Origin: a candidate division FCPU426 bacterium
Lineage (GTDB): Bacteria > Oederibacteriota > Muellerivitia > Muellerivitales > Muellerivitaceae
Length of the DNA stretch: 64,000 bases
Assembly: GCA_963796105.1 (NCBI GenBank)
Contig: CAWCKJ010000011.1
Coordinates: 32,001 to 96,000 of the forward strand
Direction of reading: 5' to 3'
Made by a program: the position numbers and the translations under genes. Below the pieces are notes generated by a model. That model was not told the origin of the DNA and did no database searches. It saw nothing but the letters and a program-made list of their open reading frames with translations. Position 1 is the stretch's first letter. Each line of letters begins with the position of its first letter. Shown here one piece after another: positions 20,770 to 30,445 of this stretch.

Positions 20770-21651
20770 TCAATGCGTCACGGGATTCAGCGACGGTTCC
20801 AAATTCGGCAAGTTTGCCGTACCAGGCGCGCGAGTGGGTGTCGGAGTTAACCCGAAATTCACCTGGGCTGGATTTCCTCCTTTGGAGGATGGAGTTCCAT
20901 TGCCCAGCACCCCAGGGGTGGAACCCATTTTCGCGGCGGTGCCGGTATTTCCTCCGCCATCTGTGCTAAAAACCGCCTCAGCCATTCCCTCGGAAAAGAC
21001 ACTCCGGTCCTGGCCCAAATGGGAAGTGATACGCCTTCCTGAAATTTTCCCATTCTGGTAGGTGATACTTGGTTCTCCCTCCAGGATCAGCTTGTCCTCC
21101 CTGGAGATATATAAAGCTTTTTGGGCTATAGCGTGCCCGTCAGCGCTGGTAAAATCCACGTTCTGGTTGACCGCCACAGTCTTGTTCTCGGAATCCATCT
21201 CGATTTGCCTTCCCTTTACCGTCAAGGGCATCCCATTCTCGTCCACTGCCGTCAAAACGGGGTGGTCGTGGGCCGTCATGGTGGACATTAAATCCAGGTA
21301 TTCCAGGTTTCCGCAGGTAAGGGTCATGGCCGAGCTGGAATCCACCACCTTCACGTGGCCAAGCGCTGTGGCTTCCCTGTTATCCGAGATGGCCCGAAGC
21401 TGGTCGGATCTTAGCTTAACTTTCTCATGGGTGGCCACGACGTAACCCTTGAATAGGGTCAGGCTGTTCAGCCGGTCGAATGTCAGCTGATTGGCAGTGA
21501 TCCTGACCGGCTTTTTGGACGAAACGTGCGAGTGGTCGTTGATTTCATAGCCCAAGATAACCCCCGGCGCTAAAACCATCCAGAGGCAGGCCAAAACCCC
21601 CGCGATGACCCGGTTAGAATTTCTTGGATTCATTGAAATTCTCGACTTCAT
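20770..21651 (-). CDS. lptA: LptA/OstA-like LPS transport periplasmic protein
   Basis: Signal peptide, PVRITANQL, OstA-type beta-jellyroll pattern; between lptC and lptB; Gly/Pro/Thr tail. Confidence 0.75.
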   Translation of the reverse strand: MKSRISMNPRNSNRVIAGVLACLWMVLAPGVILGYEINDHSHVSSKKPVRITANQLTFDRLNSLTLFKGYVVATHEKVKLRSDQLRAISDNREATALGHVKVVDSSSAMTLTCGNLEYLDLMSTMTAHDHPVLTAVDENGMPLTVKGRQIEMDSENKTVAVNQNVDFTSADGHAIAQKALYISREDKLILEGEPSITYQNGKISGRRITSHLGQDRSVFSEGMAEAVFSTDGGGNTGTAAKMGSTPGVLGNGTPSSKGGNPAQVNFGLTPTPTRAPGTANLPNLEPSLNPVTH

Positions 21652-22276
21652 GGGTATCCCTCATTTTAGTCCTCACGTCGCTCTTGAAACGGATATTGTT
21701 CAATTGGGTGTCCGCCACCAGCCCCACCGCGCTGATCTCATCCGCGCCCTTATAGACGTGGACGCGCCCATCAGTCTGGATTTCGTCGTTATCTGGGTTC
21801 CAATTGAGTTTGGCGGTCTCCAGTTTCGAGCCGTTATCCACGACCAGCTCCACGTGCCCCTCGGCCAGGGTGGCGTTGGTTTCGGTGTTGATGACGGCCT
21901 TGTCGGCCGTCAGGGTCGAGACGATCTTGTTCTTCTTGAAGTATTGGGCGAAGATCTGGTCCGCGTAGGCCTGCTTTTGGTTCTGGTAAAGCATGGCCTT
22001 GTCGGAGTTCATTTCCCAGTGCTTTTCGCCCTTGACGGTGGAAACCAAGTGGAACTTGAGAATCACCGCGTCGGGCGAATTCTCTCCTTGGACGAAGGGT
22101 TCCAGGCTGTTCTGCTGTTTTCCGCTTTTGTTTAAATACCAGAACAGGGCTATGGCGGCGCATAGGATCGTGACCAGGAGCCCCACCATGCGTTTTTGAC
22201 GCCCGGGTTGCTGGGTCTGGACCGTCCGCTCCAGGAGGGAGTCCGCTTCCTGATATGTATTATTTTCCTCTGTCAA
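21614..22276 (-). CDS. lptC: LPS export protein LptC
   Basis: Single TM then WEMNSDKA, LTADKA, LETAKLNW; position in lpt operon. Confidence 0.8.
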   Translation of the reverse strand: MTEENNTYQEADSLLERTVQTQQPGRQKRMVGLLVTILCAAIALFWYLNKSGKQQNSLEPFVQGENSPDAVILKFHLVSTVKGEKHWEMNSDKAMLYQNQKQAYADQIFAQYFKKNKIVSTLTADKAVINTETNATLAEGHVELVVDNGSKLETAKLNWNPDNDEIQTDGRVHVYKGADEISAVGLVADTQLNNIRFKSDVRTKMRDTHEVENFNESKKF

Positions 22277-22338
22277 TTCTAGTCACCTTGCGGGTTGATT
22301 ATATAAACAGTTAGGCGCCATGGGGAAATGGGGCCCTT

Positions 22339-23256
22339 TCAGGCCTTTTCCTCCGGCGGGCGGGTCTTCCACCTTTCATGCATCCACATCCATTGGTCCG
22401 GATAGGCCCTCACTTGGGCCTCAATGATTCCAGTATAACGTCGGACTGTTTCCAATATATCCTTTTCCACGTCATCGGTATGGGGAACATCGATTTCCTC
22501 CCCCACATGGGCCTCGTAGAGGCCGTCGGAACCCCGCACCATGAAAGCCGGAACCAAGGCGGCGCCCGTCTTCCGGGCGATGCGAGCCACTCCCGTCTGG
22601 GTCCAGGCGTTTTTTCCGAAAAAGGGCGTGAAAACCCCGTCGGTTCCCGTGTCCTGGTCCAGCAGGCCGATGATGAAATGGTTTTTCCTCAGGTCCTCCA
22701 GGATGCCCCTCAAGGCCATTCCCCTCTTGATCATGGAGGTGGCCCCCAGCTTGTCCTGCCGGAACCTGTTGACGATGACGTCAAACCGGGGATCGTATAA
22801 ATTCTGCGCGATGGCCGAGCCCTGGTAATGGCTGAACAGGAACCCGCCCAAAAGCTCCCAATTGCCGAGGTGCCCGGACACGATGAAAAGCCCCTTCTTG
22901 CGAGCCAGGGCCTTTTCAATATTTTCCAGGCCGCTGGAACGGGCCACTTGGGCCCTGATTTTCCCGCTGTCCCACCTGGTCCAACAGACGATCTCAAAAA
23001 GGTTCCTGCCTACGTTTTGCCAGACCCTTCGCCCGAGCCGCCCAATCTCCCCCGGGGCAAGGTCACCGGAAAAGGCTGTTCGGAGGCTTTTCAGGGTCTT
23101 GCGTCTTTCCCCGCTCGCCAAGGAATAAACCGCGGAACCGAAAAACTGTCCCAGCCTGGAGACCCATGAAAAAGGCATCCGGGCGATGAAGAACATCGCC
23201 GCACGAGCCGAGTAATAGATGAGGTGGTTTTTGAGTTTCTGGAGGGGCCGGGCCAA
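22339..23256 (-). CDS. Lipid A/lysophospholipid acyltransferase (LpxL/HtrB family)
   Basis: GHLGNWE, LLDQD, FFGK, YPDQWMWMHERWK; TTG start with TGAGG upstream. Confidence 0.88.
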   Translation of the reverse strand: MARPLQKLKNHLIYYSARAAMFFIARMPFSWVSRLGQFFGSAVYSLASGERRKTLKSLRTAFSGDLAPGEIGRLGRRVWQNVGRNLFEIVCWTRWDSGKIRAQVARSSGLENIEKALARKKGLFIVSGHLGNWELLGGFLFSHYQGSAIAQNLYDPRFDVIVNRFRQDKLGATSMIKRGMALRGILEDLRKNHFIIGLLDQDTGTDGVFTPFFGKNAWTQTGVARIARKTGAALVPAFMVRGSDGLYEAHVGEEIDVPHTDDVEKDILETVRRYTGIIEAQVRAYPDQWMWMHERWKTRPPEEKA

Positions 23257-23264
23257 TCGAAACC

Positions 23265-23825
23265 TCAGTCCAGGCCTTTTGGGAAAGTGCGTACGGAGGG
23301 GCCGCCGGCGTTTTTGAAAAATCCAAGGGCCTTCCCCCAGAGTCCCCGGGCCTTCAGGATTTTTTCCACGGCCTCGCGGAAGGCTCCTTCGCCCGCCGGC
23401 GCCTTGGTCACGTATTGGACGGCTTTCTTCACCTCTGGGCGTCCATAGGGCACCGTGGCGGACCAGCCCGCCAGCTTTAACAATGGAATGTCGATCAAAT
23501 CGTCCCCCAGGTAGGCCAGTTGGGAAAAGGAAAGGCCCAGCTTTCCGCAAAGCCCCTTGGCGACCGCCACCTTGTCGAGTTTTCCTTGGTAAAGGTAGGG
23601 CACGTTCAGGCGTTTGGCCCTCAGCGCGACCGGCTTGGAGGTTCTTCCCGAAAGCCAGCCCACCTGGAGGCCTCCAGCGGTGGCCAGGCGCTGTCCGATT
23701 CCGTCCTGAATATCGAAGGAGATGAACTCGCCCCCCTTGTCGTCCATGTAAACCTTGCCGTTAGTCAGGATCCCGTCCACGTCCGTCAACAGAAGTTTGA
23801 TGTTTTTAATACTCATGGGTCTCAC
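23265..23825 (-). CDS. kdsC: KDO 8-phosphate phosphatase
   Basis: DVDGILT, FDIQDGIG, YLGDDLID, GEGAFRE. Confidence 0.92.
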   Translation of the reverse strand: MRPMSIKNIKLLLTDVDGILTNGKVYMDDKGGEFISFDIQDGIGQRLATAGGLQVGWLSGRTSKPVALRAKRLNVPYLYQGKLDKVAVAKGLCGKLGLSFSQLAYLGDDLIDIPLLKLAGWSATVPYGRPEVKKAVQYVTKAPAGEGAFREAVEKILKARGLWGKALGFFKNAGGPSVRTFPKGLD

Positions 23826-23847
23826 TCAATTTATTATAAAAACTTCT

Positions 23848-23907
23848 AACAAAAAAGCCTTCACCACAGGCTGCCTACGACAGAGCACAGAGGCACGGAG
23901 ATGAAAT
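23848..23907 (+). repeat. Intergenic TTCACCACAGG-hairpin-CACAGAGGCAC element, copy 1
   Basis: Closely similar to 39761-39820 (+) and 37061-37111 (-). Confidence 0.85.
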
Positions 23908-24013
23908 GCCCCCTACTACAGGAAATTAAAACGCCTCTACATTTAATTGGGAAGCAACATTATCGTAAATCAATAATTTTGTTAGAGGTACTAAGTCTTT
24001 ATATCAAACCCAC

Positions 24014-24982
24014 CTAAAGGATCTTAATTCTTCCCCGTCCCAATAGATCGTGCAAATGAACCAGGCCGATAGGCCTTCTCGCCGAATCAACAACGATCAG
24101 CTGGAAAATAGCCATTTCCTCCATGAGTTGGAGGGCCTGGGCCAGGTTGATATCGGGACGGATGGTCTTAGGCTTGGGGGAACGGAGGTTCTTGGCTTTC
24201 CAATGGTTGATGTCGGGGTCCCTCAAGAGGGCGCGCCGGATGTCGCCGTCCACGATGATGCCGGAAAGTTTCCCGCCCTTATCAATGACGCAGGTGGAGC
24301 CCACCCGCTTGGCGTTGATTTCGTTCACGATTTGTCGGAAACCCGCGGACAAGGAAACCTTGGGAACGGCGCTTCCCTTGCGCATGATCTCGGAGACTTT
24401 CAATTGGAGGCGGCGGCCCAGGTCGCCCCCCGGGTGGAAAAGGGCGAACTGCTTCTCGGTGAAACCCCGCTCCTCGAGCAAGGCCACGGCAAGGGCGTCC
24501 CCCATGGCCAAGGCCGCTGTGGTGCTGGCTGTGGGTGAGAGGTTCAGGGGGCAGGCCTCTTTTTGGACCCCGACATCCACCACCACGTCCGAAAGACGGG
24601 TGAGGCTGGAGGAAAGGTTCCCGGTGAAAAGGATGACGGGACAACCCATGCGCCTAAGGTGGGGCAGGAGGCTTTTCAACTCGTCGGTTTCCCCGCTGTT
24701 GGAAAGGGCTAGGACCACGTCCCCCTTGGCGGCCTTGCCCATGTCGCCATGAAGGGCCTCTGCCGAGCTGAGGAAATAAGAGGGGGTTCCGGTGGAGGAA
24801 AGGGTGGCCGCGATCTTCTGGCCGATGAGACCCGACTTGCCCATGCCCGTGACGACTACGCGCCCCTTAGTTTTAAGCACCAACTTGAGGGCCTTCTCGA
24901 AGGATTTTCCGGTGCGCTTGGAGAGGCGCAAAAGGCCTTCCGCCTCGATTTTAAGGACCCTTTTGGCAGTCGCGACGCTCAT
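24014..24982 (-). CDS. kdsD: Arabinose-5-phosphate isomerase (SIS + 2 CBS)
   Basis: TGMGKSG, STGTP, EALHGDMG, PTASTT, FHPGG. Confidence 0.95.
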   Translation of the reverse strand: MSVATAKRVLKIEAEGLLRLSKRTGKSFEKALKLVLKTKGRVVVTGMGKSGLIGQKIAATLSSTGTPSYFLSSAEALHGDMGKAAKGDVVLALSNSGETDELKSLLPHLRRMGCPVILFTGNLSSSLTRLSDVVVDVGVQKEACPLNLSPTASTTAALAMGDALAVALLEERGFTEKQFALFHPGGDLGRRLQLKVSEIMRKGSAVPKVSLSAGFRQIVNEINAKRVGSTCVIDKGGKLSGIIVDGDIRRALLRDPDINHWKAKNLRSPKPKTIRPDINLAQALQLMEEMAIFQLIVVDSARRPIGLVHLHDLLGRGRIKIL

Positions 24983-25019
24983 ACCGCACCTTCATGGAAT
25001 GGAATTGATGGGGGGGAAA

Positions 25020-25730
25020 TTAGTCCTTCAGGTAAATAAACCGGCCGCACCTGCAAAACTGGATCTTGATATTTTTCCGGAGCTCGTTGATGACCTGGGG
25101 GGCGATGGTCATGTGGCATCCCCCGCACATCTGGTCCTCCCCTATCCCGGCCACGGCCACTTTTTTACCGTGCGCGCGGATATTCTCGTAGATGCTCCCG
25201 AACTCCTCCGGAACCTCGGAAAATTGCTTGGCTCGTTCCGCTTTCTTGCCCACGGCGGCCTTGTCGCAGTCGTCTATTTTCTCTTGGAGGACCTTCCGGT
25301 CATCCGCTAGTTTTTTCTCGATCTTCGCCTGCTCGGCGGCCAGCTCCTGCCCTTTTTTCTTCGCCTCGTCCTCCAGGAAAAGGAACTCCAGGATCTTTTC
25401 CTCGACCTTGCCCTTGTCTTCCTTTCCCTTCTCGATCTCGGTCTTCAGGGCGATGAACTGCTCGTTGCTCTTCACTTCCGGTTCCTGGTCCTGGTATTTC
25501 TTGATCTTGTTGTCCCAGGAAACGACCTCCACCTCGAGGGAACGGCGCTGCTTGACCAGTTCCTCCATGTTCTTCTTGGCCTCTTGGACCCTTCCCTTCA
25601 CGTCTTCCAGGCCCTTTTCCAGGTCCGCGATCTCCTGGAGGAAGCCTTTTTTCAGCTTCTCCAGCTCATCCAGCCCGGAATCGGTTGTTTGGAGGGCCAC
25701 CATTTTTTCAAGGGCTTCGTAGGATTCCAA
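25020..25730 (-). CDS. Coiled-coil protein with C-terminal C4 zinc ribbon
   Basis: Long charged coiled coil, CGGCHM...FCRCGRFIY. Confidence 0.85.
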   Translation of the reverse strand: MESYEALEKMVALQTTDSGLDELEKLKKGFLQEIADLEKGLEDVKGRVQEAKKNMEELVKQRRSLEVEVVSWDNKIKKYQDQEPEVKSNEQFIALKTEIEKGKEDKGKVEEKILEFLFLEDEAKKKGQELAAEQAKIEKKLADDRKVLQEKIDDCDKAAVGKKAERAKQFSEVPEEFGSIYENIRAHGKKVAVAGIGEDQMCGGCHMTIAPQVINELRKNIKIQFCRCGRFIYLKD

Positions 25731-25880
25731 AGGCCTGCCTTTCTTTTGGCGCGGTATTACCCCTTAAATGACGCGGGGGGTTTTGAAGTTTAACACGGAG
25801 CGGGGGCATTTTTCCCTAAAAATCATTCGGCTTTTTACGGTAAAGGCAGACAAGTCCTTTAATTAGGTCTTTGGTTTAGC

Positions 25881-25934
25881 TGTCATCGCGAGAAGCCACC
25901 CCAATCGGGGTGATTGGCGACGTGGCGACCCCAG
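25881..25934 (+). repeat. REP-like palindromic remnant (GTCATCGCGAG...GCGACGTGGCGA)
   Basis: Resembles a widespread intergenic GTCATCGCGAG palindrome family; internal CACCCC/GGGGTG hairpin; single copy here. Confidence 0.45.
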
Positions 25935-26051
25935 TCAGTTGTTAGATTTAAGCCGTTTTATGAAACCAGTATTTCACGGATGGTGGTTGTCAAAATCTGT
26001 TAAATCTTATAAAAACTACATCTCAACCTTTCTTTCTTACCGGGGTGCCTT

Positions 26052-26531
26052 ATGGATGAAGCCGCCAAGAAAAAACTGCTCCTCATGATTCCCGACGCTC
26101 TCTACGTCATCACCGCCAAATCGGAGAACCTGACTGCCGCCTCCACCATTACCTGGTTTTCCCAAGCATCATTTAAACCGCCCCTGGTCATGACCGCCCT
26201 CAAGGCCGATTCCCATACCTTCAAGGTGGTGAAAGCGGCGGGGGCCTTCGTAGTGAATTACCTGGGGGAGGGCCAGAAGGACCTGGCCCAGAAATTCTTC
26301 AAGCACGTGGAGCCGGAGGGAGAATTTTTGGCCGGGGAGCGGTTCCTTCCCAGCCGGGTCCTAGAATTCCCTTTTTTCCCCTCCATGGCCGGCTACCTGG
26401 AATGCCGGGTCACAGATTTGGTGGAACGGGGAGACCACGCGGTTTTCGTCGCGGAAGTCATAGGCGCGGAACTGGGCCCTGCCAAAGGCCCGCTTCTTCT
26501 GTCTTCCACCGGCTGGAAATACGGCGGTTAA
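26052..26531 (+). CDS. Flavin reductase-like protein
   Basis: QASFKPPLV, YLECRV, GDHAVFVAEV. Confidence 0.9.
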   Translation: MDEAAKKKLLLMIPDALYVITAKSENLTAASTITWFSQASFKPPLVMTALKADSHTFKVVKAAGAFVVNYLGEGQKDLAQKFFKHVEPEGEFLAGERFLPSRVLEFPFFPSMAGYLECRVTDLVERGDHAVFVAEVIGAELGPAKGPLLLSSTGWKYGG

Positions 26532-26562
26532 AAAGAACTACCATTGTTCATGACAGGTCCCC
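26468..26562 (+). repeat. Direct repeat A (3' end of flavin reductase gene plus downstream bases)
   Basis: Matches 27504-27596, including identical TCCACCGGCTGGAAATACGGCGGTTAAAAAGA. Confidence 0.9.
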
Positions 26563-26594
26563 TTCGTGGACAACCGAATGAGAAATTACCTGGG

Positions 26595-27011
26595 TCAATC
26601 CGGCATGGCAATCGGCACCACTTGTCGTCCGTTTCGCCGATAAACCCTAAAATCACTATCCAGGGTTAAAACAATGGCTTTGGGATCAAGCTCGGACATT
26701 TTTACGAGGCAGGCATCCGCCAAAGACATAGGCACGCTTGAATACCTAGACATGAGAACTTCGACGGCGGTCAAATGAGGCTCCAATCGGAAAGATAGAT
26801 CCAGCACACCACGATCCAAGAGCCCAAACACCGCTTGGGCGCCGCCTTTCATCCCGCGCACTAAAAAACAAGCTTCAGAAATAACCGGCTCGCAGGTCGC
26901 CAGCGGTGGTTCAATGGATTTGAAAAGTTCGCGGGCCCAAGTATGACATCGGTCCCGGCTGTTCAGGAGTGCGACAATGGGGCCAGTGTCAACGATGTAG
27001 TTTTGTTTCAT
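26595..27011 (-). CDS. PIN-domain (VapC-like) toxin
   Basis: IVDTGP, VISEACF, SLADACL, TLDSDF. Confidence 0.92.
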   Translation of the reverse strand: MKQNYIVDTGPIVALLNSRDRCHTWARELFKSIEPPLATCEPVISEACFLVRGMKGGAQAVFGLLDRGVLDLSFRLEPHLTAVEVLMSRYSSVPMSLADACLVKMSELDPKAIVLTLDSDFRVYRRNGRQVVPIAMPD

Positions 27012-27235
27012 TCGCCATACCCGCGCATGTGCTTGGGCGCGGTGGATAAATCGGAGGCGCCACGGAGTGTTCCTACCAATTCTCCCGCCAAATCGGCCGC
27101 GGAACGTTTACGCTGTCCGGCAAAACCGTTCAAAGCTTCCCTCAAAACGGCAGAACGGCTGACATGACGCATCCGGGCCAAGTTTTCCAATTCCAGCTCC
27201 AAGGATTCAGGGATTTTGACGGTGATGGTCTTCAT
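27008..27235 (-). CDS. Ribbon-helix-helix (CopG) antitoxin
   Basis: MKTITVKIP..SRSAVLREAL; ATGA overlap with toxin; GGAGG RBS. Confidence 0.88.
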   Translation of the reverse strand: MKTITVKIPESLELELENLARMRHVSRSAVLREALNGFAGQRKRSAADLAGELVGTLRGASDLSTAPKHMRGYGE

Positions 27236-27325
27236 GGGATCCTCCAAAGGTAATACGGATATGCCTTAATGGTAACACGAAGCCTTTGTAGTCATCAAGA
27301 GGGACAAAATCCCCATTCAAAACCC

Positions 27326-27403
27326 GCTGTCCACGACCCTTGCACCAAGCCGGGGGCTTGGTCACTGCTTTTCGCCGCGGAGCGAAATGCCCCACAGTGG
27401 ACA
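27326..27403 (+). repeat. TGTCCAC...GTGGACA palindromic element, copy 1
   Basis: Shares GCTGTCCACGACCC.TGCACCAAGCCGGGGGCTTGGT with 29173-29226. Confidence 0.85.
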
Positions 27404-27503
27404 AGCCAGTCAATTCAAATTTCAGAATTTAGAATTGCTGTTCTTCCCCCTGAATCAAGGCCACAAGCCGCGGGTCAATCTTTGGGTGTGCCGGTTCAAT
27501 AAT

Positions 27504-27596
27504 GGAACCGGCCCCCCAAGGGCCCGCTTCTTCTTTCATCCACCGGCTGGAAATACGGCGGTTAAAAAGACTTACCATTGTTCCCGCCAGGTCCCC
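27504..27596 (+). repeat. Direct repeat B (orphan copy of flavin reductase 3' end)
   Basis: Encodes ...KGPLLLSSTGWKYGG* like 26468-26562. Confidence 0.9.
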
Positions 27597-27642
27597 AGCG
27601 GGACAGGCGAACGAGCTAAAATCAAACGTCAGACCTCGAAAC

Positions 27643-27933
27643 TTACAATTGCATCAATGCCATCACCAAAATAAACATTACCAAATTGACCACGGCATGA
27701 TTGAAAACCAACAGAAGGAAAATAATATTTAAAATACTAATTTTTTTTATTCCACCTTCTCTTTTTCCGAAAATAAAAAACAAGTTCAATACAGCAACTA
27801 CAAGTCCAACTACAAAAAGCGATATAGCCACGAATTCATCGCCTGAAGGTCCACCGTGGTTCAAAATACTGAACAAATAAAACGAAGTGGCGGGAATTAT
27901 CGAATTCGCTATTACTAAAGCAATTTTTTTCAA
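27643..27933 (-). CDS. Small AT-rich membrane protein, unknown function
   Basis: Three hydrophobic segments; TTG start. Confidence 0.6.
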   Translation of the reverse strand: MKKIALVIANSIIPATSFYLFSILNHGGPSGDEFVAISLFVVGLVVAVLNLFFIFGKREGGIKKISILNIIFLLLVFNHAVVNLVMFILVMALMQL

Positions 27934-28121
27934 CGTACATCCATTCTCTTAATAATCATTTTGTCTTGAGTTTAATACCTTCTCATTATGGAAGATTCCG
28001 GATGAACAAACTGGCACTTTTTATTTGTCCGAAACAGATCCCCACCGTGGCCAAGTTTAGACAATTGAATTCCTGTTCAAAAACACTAGCCAAACCTCTT
28101 TGTTCTTTCTTCATTTCTAAT

Positions 28122-29123
28122 TCAAGGATTATCCGGTGCTCCAGGGTCGTAGTTAAATTCTTCAATTCTTTCTTTGGTTAATCGTGTCTTGACCGAAGTT
28201 TCAATATCAACATCTTTCATCAGATTATCCAGCTTAAAAGTTTTAATTAGGTCTACCCAAGAATCCCGATACTTGATCCAATTTCTTTGGCTCTTTTTAA
28301 AATGTCCCACGGTTTCATGGTATTCTTCTTTACCTCCTTTTAAATAATCCGGATTGTCTTTATAGGCATTAACCCAGTCCTCATAATATTTTTTTACATT
28401 TTCTATTTTTTCCGAGTAAACCTTATTCAGTTGTTGGCCAGAATCTAAGTATTCATTTTTAGTTGCGGGCTGAAGAAATTTTTTTAAAACCCAATCTTCA
28501 ATTCTCTTATGGTGTCGCGTTTCTAAATAATCCTCTTGCCCCAAACCATCCATGGTACGCATTGAACCATTCGAAGTTACGTCCACCCGCATAAAATCTT
28601 CATGCTGAAGAATTCCAAAGAACTTCCCTATCGCAGCGAATTGCTGTTTTTGATCGGGATTAAGTTGAGCAGCAACCTTTTCAACAAATATTTTCTCTTT
28701 TTGTTCACTGAGTTTTCGTTGATAGATCATGCAATCATTTATGGCTAAAGTACCTTCAGCAACATCACAATATTCCACTCTTTTGTTCAAACTAGAATTT
28801 AATAAGCGGTCATTGATAATCTTTTGGATCAATTCATAACCATTGATGTTCCCATTTATCTTAGCCACCTTCTCTAGGATTTCCTTGGCTTTTGGAACAC
28901 TTTGAGAAACGCCCTCTCCGTTCAAATACATGATCATTAAGAATGTTTTATTCGCACCGATTGGATCCTCGGAATTTTCAAAACATTCAAACGCCTTTTT
29001 GAAATCTTGCATCACGCCAATACCATAATAGTAATCTGCGCAATCAAGTTTATTAGGCGAGGCATTTAATGGAATTGGGGTCAAAACAATCTTTAAGAAA
29101 AAGATGAAAAAAATAAATCTCAA
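28122..29123 (-). CDS. Secreted Sel1-like repeat / LprI-like (lysozyme inhibitor-like) protein
   Basis: Signal peptide, YYGIGVMQDFKKAF and MYLNGEGVSQS Sel1-like repeats, KSQRNWIKYRD LprI-like motif; AT-rich. Confidence 0.75.
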   Translation of the reverse strand: MRFIFFIFFLKIVLTPIPLNASPNKLDCADYYYGIGVMQDFKKAFECFENSEDPIGANKTFLMIMYLNGEGVSQSVPKAKEILEKVAKINGNINGYELIQKIINDRLLNSSLNKRVEYCDVAEGTLAINDCMIYQRKLSEQKEKIFVEKVAAQLNPDQKQQFAAIGKFFGILQHEDFMRVDVTSNGSMRTMDGLGQEDYLETRHHKRIEDWVLKKFLQPATKNEYLDSGQQLNKVYSEKIENVKKYYEDWVNAYKDNPDYLKGGKEEYHETVGHFKKSQRNWIKYRDSWVDLIKTFKLDNLMKDVDIETSVKTRLTKERIEEFNYDPGAPDNP

Positions 29124-29172
29124 GGTTTTCTCCTAAAAATAGGAAATGGAAGCCTGCGCCTTTTTTTGCGTT

Positions 29173-29226
29173 GCTGTCCACGACCCCTGCACCAAGCCGG
29201 GGGCTTGGTGCTCCCCGCAGTGGACA
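29173..29226 (+). repeat. TGTCCAC...GTGGACA palindromic element, copy 2
   Basis: Shorter copy of 27326-27403. Confidence 0.85.
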
Positions 29227-29569
29227 TTAAATTAATCCGATTTTACTCCACCGGAAGCTTCCAAGCGTGACCAACAAAATCTATTTTCCCTTCCATCAAA
29301 CAGGGCTTTTAAACCAAACAAAACCGCCCCTTTTTTCAGAGCCTTTTTGTGGCATCAATAATGCTTGTTCCCTATCCCTCCCCGATTAAATTTAAAAAAG
29401 TTGTAACCCCTACTTCACCAAAGAGTTAAAATAGGGCTGTAGAAAGATAGCAATCAACAGTTTTTCCTTCCGTGAATGCCCTCACGAAACTCCAAAATTG
29501 ATTAATTCATAATGATTTCCCGGTTTAGGTTTGAACCATCGCTCTTAATTTCGTCATGGGGAGGCTCTC

Positions 29570-29842
29570 ATGGAAATTATCGAGAAGATGAAAATCACCA
29601 ACCGGTTAGGCCTGCACTTGAGGGCGGCCGCCCAGTTCGTGAAAACCGCCTCCAAATTCAAGTGCCTGATCCTTGTGAAGAACCGTGACCGTACTGCGGA
29701 CGGCAAAAGCCTGATCAATCTGATGACCTTGGCCTCGCCCTTCGGCATGGAGTTGACCCTGATGTTCAGCGGCGTGGATGCCCTGGAGGCGCAAAAAGCC
29801 ATTCGCAACCTGCTTTTAGATAAATTCGGCGAAAAGGATTGA
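29570..29842 (+). CDS. Second HPr-family phosphocarrier
   Basis: NRLGLHLRAA, DGKSLINLM; GGAGG RBS. Confidence 0.92.
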   Translation: MEIIEKMKITNRLGLHLRAAAQFVKTASKFKCLILVKNRDRTADGKSLINLMTLASPFGMELTLMFSGVDALEAQKAIRNLLLDKFGEKD

Positions 29843-29881
29843 ATTTCACCTCTTAACGGCTTTCTTTAAAAGGAGGTACCC

Positions 29882-30073
29882 ATGGAAAGATGTAAATTAT
29901 TGGAGCGATTTTTGGAGGAACAGCACCGCAAGTGGGGAAAGTTTCATTTCCGATCCTCCCCCCAGGAAAACAAGTCGTCTTTAAACCCCGGCCCCCCTGA
30001 AGCAAAAGAGCCGGATTCTATCCCCGATTCAAAAACAACCGAACCAAAGGATTTTTTAAGCGCGCGGAGGTGA
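29882..30073 (+). CDS. Small hypothetical protein
   Basis: Strong AAGGAGGT RBS; fills the gap between HPr2 and PilZ. Confidence 0.55.
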   Translation: MERCKLLERFLEEQHRKWGKFHFRSSPQENKSSLNPGPPEAKEPDSIPDSKTTEPKDFLSARR

Positions 30074-30076
30074 CTT

Positions 30077-30445
30077 ATGCCGGAAGCCTACCTGCTTAAT
30101 GAAAGAAGAGTTGATCCCAGGTTTGACATCAAAATCCCAATTATTTTCAAGGTCCTCGATCATCCGAAAGCCATGAATATCCACGACCGTGGGCGGAAGG
30201 AAATCCACCACCCCACCCTGAACGTGAGCCTGGGGGGCATGTATATCGTGGCAGGGCATGAGCTGGAGGAGGGCAATATTTTAAGTTTTGACATCGCGGT
30301 CCCAGGCTTGGCGAAGAAACTCAAGGCCATGGCGGAAGTGGTTTGGTCGAACGAGATGGGCGGCGGCATCCGTTTTTTGTCGATGAAAGACGGCGACTTA
30401 AACGCCTTTAAAACCTATCTCGCCAGGGCTTCCTCGGACGATTGA
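30077..30445 (+). CDS. PilZ-domain protein
   Basis: ERRVDPR (RxxxR), NVSLGG (D/NxSxxG), AEVVW, GIRF. Confidence 0.9.
   Translation: MPEAYLLNERRVDPRFDIKIPIIFKVLDHPKAMNIHDRGRKEIHHPTLNVSLGGMYIVAGHELEEGNILSFDIAVPGLAKKLKAMAEVVWSNEMGGGIRFLSMKDGDLNAFKTYLARASSDD

Noticed and set aside
19346..23550. Extended N-termini in the ORF track (to 20098 and 23550; also 6767, 34977, 62793, 63141)
   Set aside because: They overlap upstream genes or lack an RBS; downstream starts fit the family N-termini better
27326..29226. Integron attC sites
   Set aside because: No RYYYAAC/GTTRRRY ends in the expected position after stop codons, and no integrase in the window
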